Shown here piece after piece: positions 59,226 to 64,000 of a stretch of 64,000 bases of DNA (positions are counted from its first letter, which is position 1; every line of letters starts with the position of its first letter). The stretch covers positions 16,948 to 80,947 of the forward strand of contig JANMLV010000034.1 of assembly GCA_031372705.1 (NCBI GenBank). Reading direction: 5' to 3'. The DNA comes from Bacteroidota bacterium. GTDB taxonomy: Bacteria; Bacteroidota; Bacteroidia; Chitinophagales; BACL12. Under the pieces are notes generated by a model. That model was given only the letters and a program-made list of their open reading frames with translations. It searched no databases and had not been told where the DNA came from. Position numbers and translations under genes: made by a program.

Positions 59226-59867
59226 TTAAGTGAGTTTGTTTTTCAAAGCCTTTGCAACCGCTTCCGTCATTGAGTTTACATGTAATTTCTTGTAAATCTT
59301 TTTAATATGGGTGTGCACAGTGTCGTAGCCAATTTGTAATTCATCGGCTATCATTTTATAGCTGGAACCTTTCACTAAATAAGCAAGTACATCTTTTTCT
59401 CTGGGACTTAAATTAAAATCATCAGCCGTTTCAAATTTATTTTGCTTTTGAAATAATTCTAACACGCGTTTTGCAATTGATGGCGACATAGGCGCGCCAC
59501 CCAGCGATACTTCTTTTACGGCTTCAATTAGCTGGTCTAACGACTTATTTTTGAGTAAATAGCCCGATGCTCCGGCACAAATGGCATCAAATATTTTTTG
59601 GTCATCGTCAAACACGGTAAGCATTAAAATAGGAAGATCGGTGTTTGTTTTTCTAATTCTTTTAACGGCTTCAATGCCATTTATTCCGGGTAAATCAATA
59701 TCCATTAATACGACATTTGGCTGGTGTAATTCAACCAACTCTACTACCTGTGTATTATCAGGGTAAGCGCCACAGAACTCAAAGCCGCGCGTTGCATTAA
59801 ACAAAATGGAAAGTGATTCCCGAATCCTTATATTATCGTCGAATAATAAAACTTTAATGTTATTCAT
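59226..59867 (-). CDS. LuxR/NarL-family response regulator
   Basis: Receiver domain (LLFDDN..., VVLMDIDLPGINGIEA) plus a C-terminal LuxR HTH (LSPREKDVLAYLVKGSSYKMIADELQIGYDTVHTHIKKIY). Confidence 0.9.
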   Translation of the reverse strand: MNNIKVLLFDDNIRIRESLSILFNATRGFEFCGAYPDNTQVVELVELHQPNVVLMDIDLPGINGIEAVKRIRKTNTDLPILMLTVFDDDQKIFDAICAGASGYLLKNKSLDQLIEAVKEVSLGGAPMSPSIAKRVLELFQKQNKFETADDFNLSPREKDVLAYLVKGSSYKMIADELQIGYDTVHTHIKKIYKKLHVNSMTEAVAKALKNKLT

Positions 59868-59920
59868 ATTTGTAAAGGTCAGCTATTTTAATTTTTAAAT
59901 GAATCGCCAATCTTGGGTAA

Positions 59921-61750
59921 TTAAATTGACATGTTTACTGAAATTTTGGTTCCTTTACCCAAAACACTTTCAACAAGCAACACGGCATTAATTTCTTTTG
60001 CTCTGCGTTGTAAATTTATTAAGCCATTACCATTTATGCTTTGCTTTTTACCGACTTCAAATCCCTTGCCATTATCCATTAATGTGATATTTAATAACCC
60101 ATCATTATAATTTGCATTAAAAGTAACTTGCGAAGCTTCTGCATATTTAAACGCATTATAAATACTTTCTTTAAAAATGAGGTAAATGTTTTTCCGCTGC
60201 TCCATATTTAAACTAATTGCATTTGCTTGAGGGTCAATTACCGATTGATATACTGTATTTGAAGCTTGTTGCAATTCCGAAGCATAATTTTGAATGCGCA
60301 AGAACATTTTTTCTGAGCTGTCGTTATCGGGTTTAATTGCCCAAACAATATCGCTCATGTTTTCAACGGCTTCACCGCTTACTTCTTCAATTTTTGCCAA
60401 TAGTAGATTTACTTTATCGGCGTCGTTTTCTTTTTGCAATTTGGTAACGAGTTGACTAAAATAGGAAATGCTGCCCAGTGTAGAACCAATATCATCATGC
60501 AAATCAGAACTTATGCGCGACCTGTCGGATACTAATTGCTGTTCAAATTCCAATTTCTTTTTTAACTGACGACGATTAAACAACAAGAGCAAAATTGCCA
60601 AAAGCAAAATTGCGCCAACAATTATTCCGGTGTTGGTTAGTTTTTGTCGTTTTATGATTTGCTCTTTCTTTTCAGTTTCGTATACTGTTTGCAACTCGCT
60701 AATTTTTGCTTCCTTTTCTTGGTTAAAAACTGAATCGCGATAGGCAATATGCAATTGCATCATTATTTCTGCTGAGTCAAATTTACTTTGGTAACTAAAT
60801 ATATTGGAGAGGTATAAATAATTATCTTCAACTACTTCCAGTCGGTTCGCCTTCAATAATAATTCGTTACTTCTATTAAAATTTGTTGCAGCTTTATAGG
60901 GATTCCCTGTTTTGAAATAAAGTATACCTATATTGCTTAAACAAACCCCTAGTTCCGGTAACTCGTTTACTTCGAATATTTGTTTTGCTAATTCGAAATA
61001 AAAAAGAGCGCTATCAAAAATATTCAAATTGTTATAGGCGTTTCCTAAATTATTGTATATGTTCCCAATATTATCTTGTGCGGCATCTTCGGGAATAGAT
61101 TTTACAATTTGTTGCAAATAATTTATTGCCTTTCTTGGTTCATTAATATCGATGTATAAGGAACTTAAGTTTGCCGTCGATTGCAATAAATTAAGCGTAT
61201 CGCCGGCTTTTTGGGCGATATCAAAGCTTATAGTGTAATACTTTAATGCTGCTGTGGTGTTTTCGTTTTTTTGATAGGCTATTGCTAGTTGTCCGTTGTA
61301 TTTCGACAATAACGAACTGTTATTCAATTTTTCGGCTATACGTATTGACTCCAAATGATAATATATTGCAGAATCAAATTGTGCAGCATTATGAAATGCA
61401 CTTCCAATATTAGAATAAACACCTGCAATTTGTTCTTGATTGTTTAATTGCTTGCGAAAATATAGGCTTTGCTGGTAAAGTTTAACGGCGGCTTCAAAAT
61501 TACCTTTGTTTTTTTCTAGCAAGCCCAAACGAGTATATCCATCGCCGAGACCTTTTGTGTAATTAATTTCCTTTGCGAGCGCTATTGCTTTATCGGCTAG
61601 TATTTTGGCTGAATCGGGGTTGGTCTTTCGAAAATTAAAGCTTTGCGTATTTAGCTTGTTAATGTAGGCAGTGTCTATGTTATTGCCAAATGCATTCGCA
61701 AGGCAAAGCACAAAAAAGGAAGCCAACGTAATTAAATATTTCAATTGCAT
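59921..61750 (-). CDS. TPR-repeat sensor histidine kinase (HisKA_3/NarX-type)
   Basis: Signal peptide, about 350 aa of TPR repeats, one TM (GIIVGAILLLAILLLLF), a coiled coil, an H-box SSDLHDDIGSTLGSI and an ATPase G-box NGNGLINLQRRA...GKGTKISV. ATG at 61750. Confidence 0.85.
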   Translation of the reverse strand: MQLKYLITLASFFVLCLANAFGNNIDTAYINKLNTQSFNFRKTNPDSAKILADKAIALAKEINYTKGLGDGYTRLGLLEKNKGNFEAAVKLYQQSLYFRKQLNNQEQIAGVYSNIGSAFHNAAQFDSAIYYHLESIRIAEKLNNSSLLSKYNGQLAIAYQKNENTTAALKYYTISFDIAQKAGDTLNLLQSTANLSSLYIDINEPRKAINYLQQIVKSIPEDAAQDNIGNIYNNLGNAYNNLNIFDSALFYFELAKQIFEVNELPELGVCLSNIGILYFKTGNPYKAATNFNRSNELLLKANRLEVVEDNYLYLSNIFSYQSKFDSAEIMMQLHIAYRDSVFNQEKEAKISELQTVYETEKKEQIIKRQKLTNTGIIVGAILLLAILLLLFNRRQLKKKLEFEQQLVSDRSRISSDLHDDIGSTLGSISYFSQLVTKLQKENDADKVNLLLAKIEEVSGEAVENMSDIVWAIKPDNDSSEKMFLRIQNYASELQQASNTVYQSVIDPQANAISLNMEQRKNIYLIFKESIYNAFKYAEASQVTFNANYNDGLLNITLMDNGKGFEVGKKQSINGNGLINLQRRAKEINAVLLVESVLGKGTKISVNMSI

Positions 61751-61779
61751 TGGCTTCAAATTTAGTATGTATTGTTTAA

Positions 61780-62409
61780 TTAATTATCATCAGATGAATC
61801 CGCATCTGTTTGGGAGGTAGTGCCTGAACCTTTTCTCGTTAGGTTTGGCTTCCGAATATGTACTTCAATAAATTCAAAAGTAGAAGGATCGTAATCTTCA
61901 AGATTAAAGCTTCGCTCTGATGAACCCTGAGTTGTATTAGTCAAATTATAATACAATATCAATTTATGTTCAGTTGGTAATTCCTCAATAGTAACCGGCT
62001 GATTGGTAATGTTTAAATTCACTTTAAAAAACACGTTTACACCTGTTACCGGTGAGGACTTTATCCAGCAGAATGGCCGAGAATTATCATCTTCAGCAAA
62101 AAAGTGGTTAAGGTTTTGATTTAACCGCACTGTTACACTGCCTTGAATTGCATTACCATTAAATATTCGAATTGAGATTTTAGACTTATTGGAACTATAA
62201 TAGAATTTATATGGCTTGCCTTCTGCGGGAGTGGTGGCGTCGGCAGCAAGGGTATAGCAAATAATTTGTGTAGTAGGGTCATTAGAATCCGGTGTTTCTG
62301 TTTCGTTTTTTAAAACAGCTTTATTTGTTTCAATCATGCCTCTGACCCAGAACCAACATGTTTTAGTATTATAATCAATAAATATATATGGTTTATTTGC
62401 TTCTAACAT
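61780..62409 (-). CDS. hypothetical beta-rich cytoplasmic protein, no recognised family
   Basis: 209 aa with no signal peptide or TM. Acidic Ser/Asp tail GSGTTSQTDADSSDDN. Starts 11 nt after the S8 peptidase stop. Confidence 0.5.
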   Translation of the reverse strand: MLEANKPYIFIDYNTKTCWFWVRGMIETNKAVLKNETETPDSNDPTTQIICYTLAADATTPAEGKPYKFYYSSNKSKISIRIFNGNAIQGSVTVRLNQNLNHFFAEDDNSRPFCWIKSSPVTGVNVFFKVNLNITNQPVTIEELPTEHKLILYYNLTNTTQGSSERSFNLEDYDPSTFEFIEVHIRKPNLTRKGSGTTSQTDADSSDDN

Positions 62410-62420
62410 GTTTTAGTTGT

Positions 62421-63530
62421 TTAAATTGACGTGGAAAAATATTGTTTATTAACTCTTGATCTATTGCGCGTTGTAATTGATTCTGTTTGTAATTGCACAT
62501 TATCCATTAATAGCGAATTGAAATCTTCAGAAGTTGTTTGTAGAATATCTGATTTGTTTTCATAAATTATAGCACAAATTCCGGCTAGCATTGCGGCTGC
62601 TTGACTGCTGCCTGATAACACGGTGTAATCATTTGGACTATTTATGCCGGTCGACAAAGTATTTTCACCATAAACGGCAAATTGCTCTTTTACTTTAATT
62701 GCCGAATCATTAAAAATTCTTTGTGTGAAAAGTGAAAGATTACCTAGTTTGTCTTTTGAAACAGCAACAATAACATGCTTCAAATATGCAGGATATGCAA
62801 GGCCTGTTTCCGGAAATTTATCACTTTCTCCCTTAAAATATTTAAATCCATTTCCACCCGAACATATTACAGGAATTTTTTGGAGCCACAAAAAATTAAT
62901 CAACTTTTGTAAACGGTGATGGGCTGTGCATTGCGGGCGTTTAATGTTATCTAATGCATTATAGGCAATCAATACAATGTTTACCTTTTTTTGTTTATCA
63001 GATTCCGGCATTGTGGCATTGTATTTTATTATTTGCTCTAGGCCATCAGCAATTTTCCACCAAGTTGTGTATCCCTCTTTTTCATCGGTTACTTTTATAC
63101 TGACAATTTTTGCATCCGGTGCAACACCTCTAATTGCCGCTTGTTTTGTTTCTGTCTTATCTTTAGTAAAGTATGTTGCCTCCCCTTTCGATGCGCAAAT
63201 AATTCCGGCAAGATGTGTACCATGTCCATGAAAATCCATAGTTGAATTTGTATCTGTTAAGCCTGCATAATTCATTGAATGAATAACTTTGTCAGCTAAT
63301 AATACTTGTGTTTCATTTACACCCGTATCCAATAGTCCAATTACAGCTCCTTTTCCGGTTGCTATTGTCCCGTTTTTTACAGTTACATAATCCTTTGCAG
63401 TTTTTAATTCTTCAACATACTGTATCTCATCAGCTTCCAGTTTTAACAATGATATTGGTCTTGGATGAACAGAGAAAGCAGTTTGCTTCCGATCAAATGC
63501 TTCTATTTCTTCAAAAATAAAACTTCCCAT
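62421..63530 (-). CDS. S8 family (subtilisin-like) serine peptidase, no signal peptide
   Basis: Catalytic triad motifs GLLDTGVN (Asp), HGHGTHLAGI (His) and LSGSSQAAAMLAGI (Ser codon 62604-62606). ATG at 63530; the track start at 63578 is TTG. Confidence 0.8.
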   Translation of the reverse strand: MGSFIFEEIEAFDRKQTAFSVHPRPISLLKLEADEIQYVEELKTAKDYVTVKNGTIATGKGAVIGLLDTGVNETQVLLADKVIHSMNYAGLTDTNSTMDFHGHGTHLAGIICASKGEATYFTKDKTETKQAAIRGVAPDAKIVSIKVTDEKEGYTTWWKIADGLEQIIKYNATMPESDKQKKVNIVLIAYNALDNIKRPQCTAHHRLQKLINFLWLQKIPVICSGGNGFKYFKGESDKFPETGLAYPAYLKHVIVAVSKDKLGNLSLFTQRIFNDSAIKVKEQFAVYGENTLSTGINSPNDYTVLSGSSQAAAMLAGICAIIYENKSDILQTTSEDFNSLLMDNVQLQTESITTRNRSRVNKQYFSTSI

Positions 63531-63602
63531 AGATGTGTATTTACGCCACAAATCTAAAGGAATAAAATAAACAACCAAATAACCAATTCTGGGGATGCCG
63601 AT

Positions 63603-64000
63603 TTATTCTGCGCCGGTGTCTGTGTTTCCATTTACATTGCCATGCACAGAAATCATTCGCCAACCTTCGGGCAATGGACATTGTTTTTTGCTTTTAGTGC
63701 CTGCAATGCGGAGTTGTAGTGCGTTGTTATGCAAATTAACGGTTCCATCTGTATGCCCTCCATTGGCAACAGCCAATGCTTTAGTGATTTGCCAATTGCC
63801 GCTTGCACTAGAAAAAGTTTTTATTACTTTATTGCATTCGTCATCGGCTTCACCCATATTGGTGAATAAATTAATGTATTCTTTTTGCCATGAAGGCATA
63901 TAAGGCACTCCATAGTATTTATTTTTTTTATCAGGACAAGGTTCTGTACCACAGCAAGGCTCGTTGCAAATGGCACCGTATGCATCATTAATGTGAATCC
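63603..64000 (-). CDS. hypothetical Cys-rich protein, C-terminal fragment (gene continues past right edge)
   Basis: The minus-strand frame stays open from 64000 to the stop at 63603: ...IHINDAYGAICNEPCCGTEPCPDKKNKYYGVPYMPSWQKEY...GNVNGNTDTGAE. The track's GTG start at 63908 is probably internal. Confidence 0.5.
   Translation of the reverse strand, partial: IHINDAYGAICNEPCCGTEPCPDKKNKYYGVPYMPSWQKEYINLFTNMGEADDECNKVIKTFSSASGNWQITKALAVANGGHTDGTVNLHNNALQLRIAGTKSKKQCPLPEGWRMISVHGNVNGNTDTGAE

Noticed and set aside
1-64000. Searched by eye for tRNA/rRNA genes, integrases, transposases, phage genes, reverse transcriptases and cas genes.
   Set aside because: None recognised. No intergenic region shows tRNA-like GTTCGAATC T-arm signatures, and no ORF shows recombinase or RT motifs. 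A tRNAscan/Infernal run would be needed to be certain.

Overview
This is a 64-kb chromosomal window from a low-GC Bacteroidota genome. The assignment rests on several type IX secretion (T9SS) C-terminal sorting domains, TAnnTTTG -7 promoter boxes, ileS-dksA-lspA synteny and a GT3 eukaryote-like glycogen synthase. I call about 50 protein-coding genes. I recognised no rRNA, tRNA, CRISPR array, integrase or transposase. Most of the window is housekeeping (asd, ppa, ileS, lspA, gcvT, lpxD, rnhB, a UvrD-type helicase-nuclease, glycogen synthase), interspersed with secreted or surface proteins: a lamin-tail-domain protein, a 2049-aa alpha-2-macroglobulin, a PorZ-like propeller and two dockerin/cohesin-like T9SS paralogs. 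The best candidate for an undescribed system is the right end (57.4-64.0 kb, minus strand). It holds a terminator-bounded two-gene cassette encoding a signal-peptide-less C14 orthocaspase with an intact His/Cys dyad plus a 228-aa tail-anchored membrane protein of no family I recognise. Next to it is an operon encoding a Cys-rich ORF (truncated by the window edge), a signal-peptide-less S8 subtilase, a 209-aa beta-rich orphan, and a TPR histidine kinase with a LuxR response regulator. Other notable items are a 125-bp-period array of hairpin-forming intergenic repeats (40.44-40.77 kb), a nested 52-bp/16-bp tandem repeat (19.5-19.7 kb), a histone-H1-like Lys/Ala-rich extension fused to the DksA/TraR protein of the ileS-lspA operon, a duplicated MarR operator palindrome, and a duplicated terminator hairpin with compensatory stem changes. 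All functional calls rest on motif recognition by eye. No database search was run.
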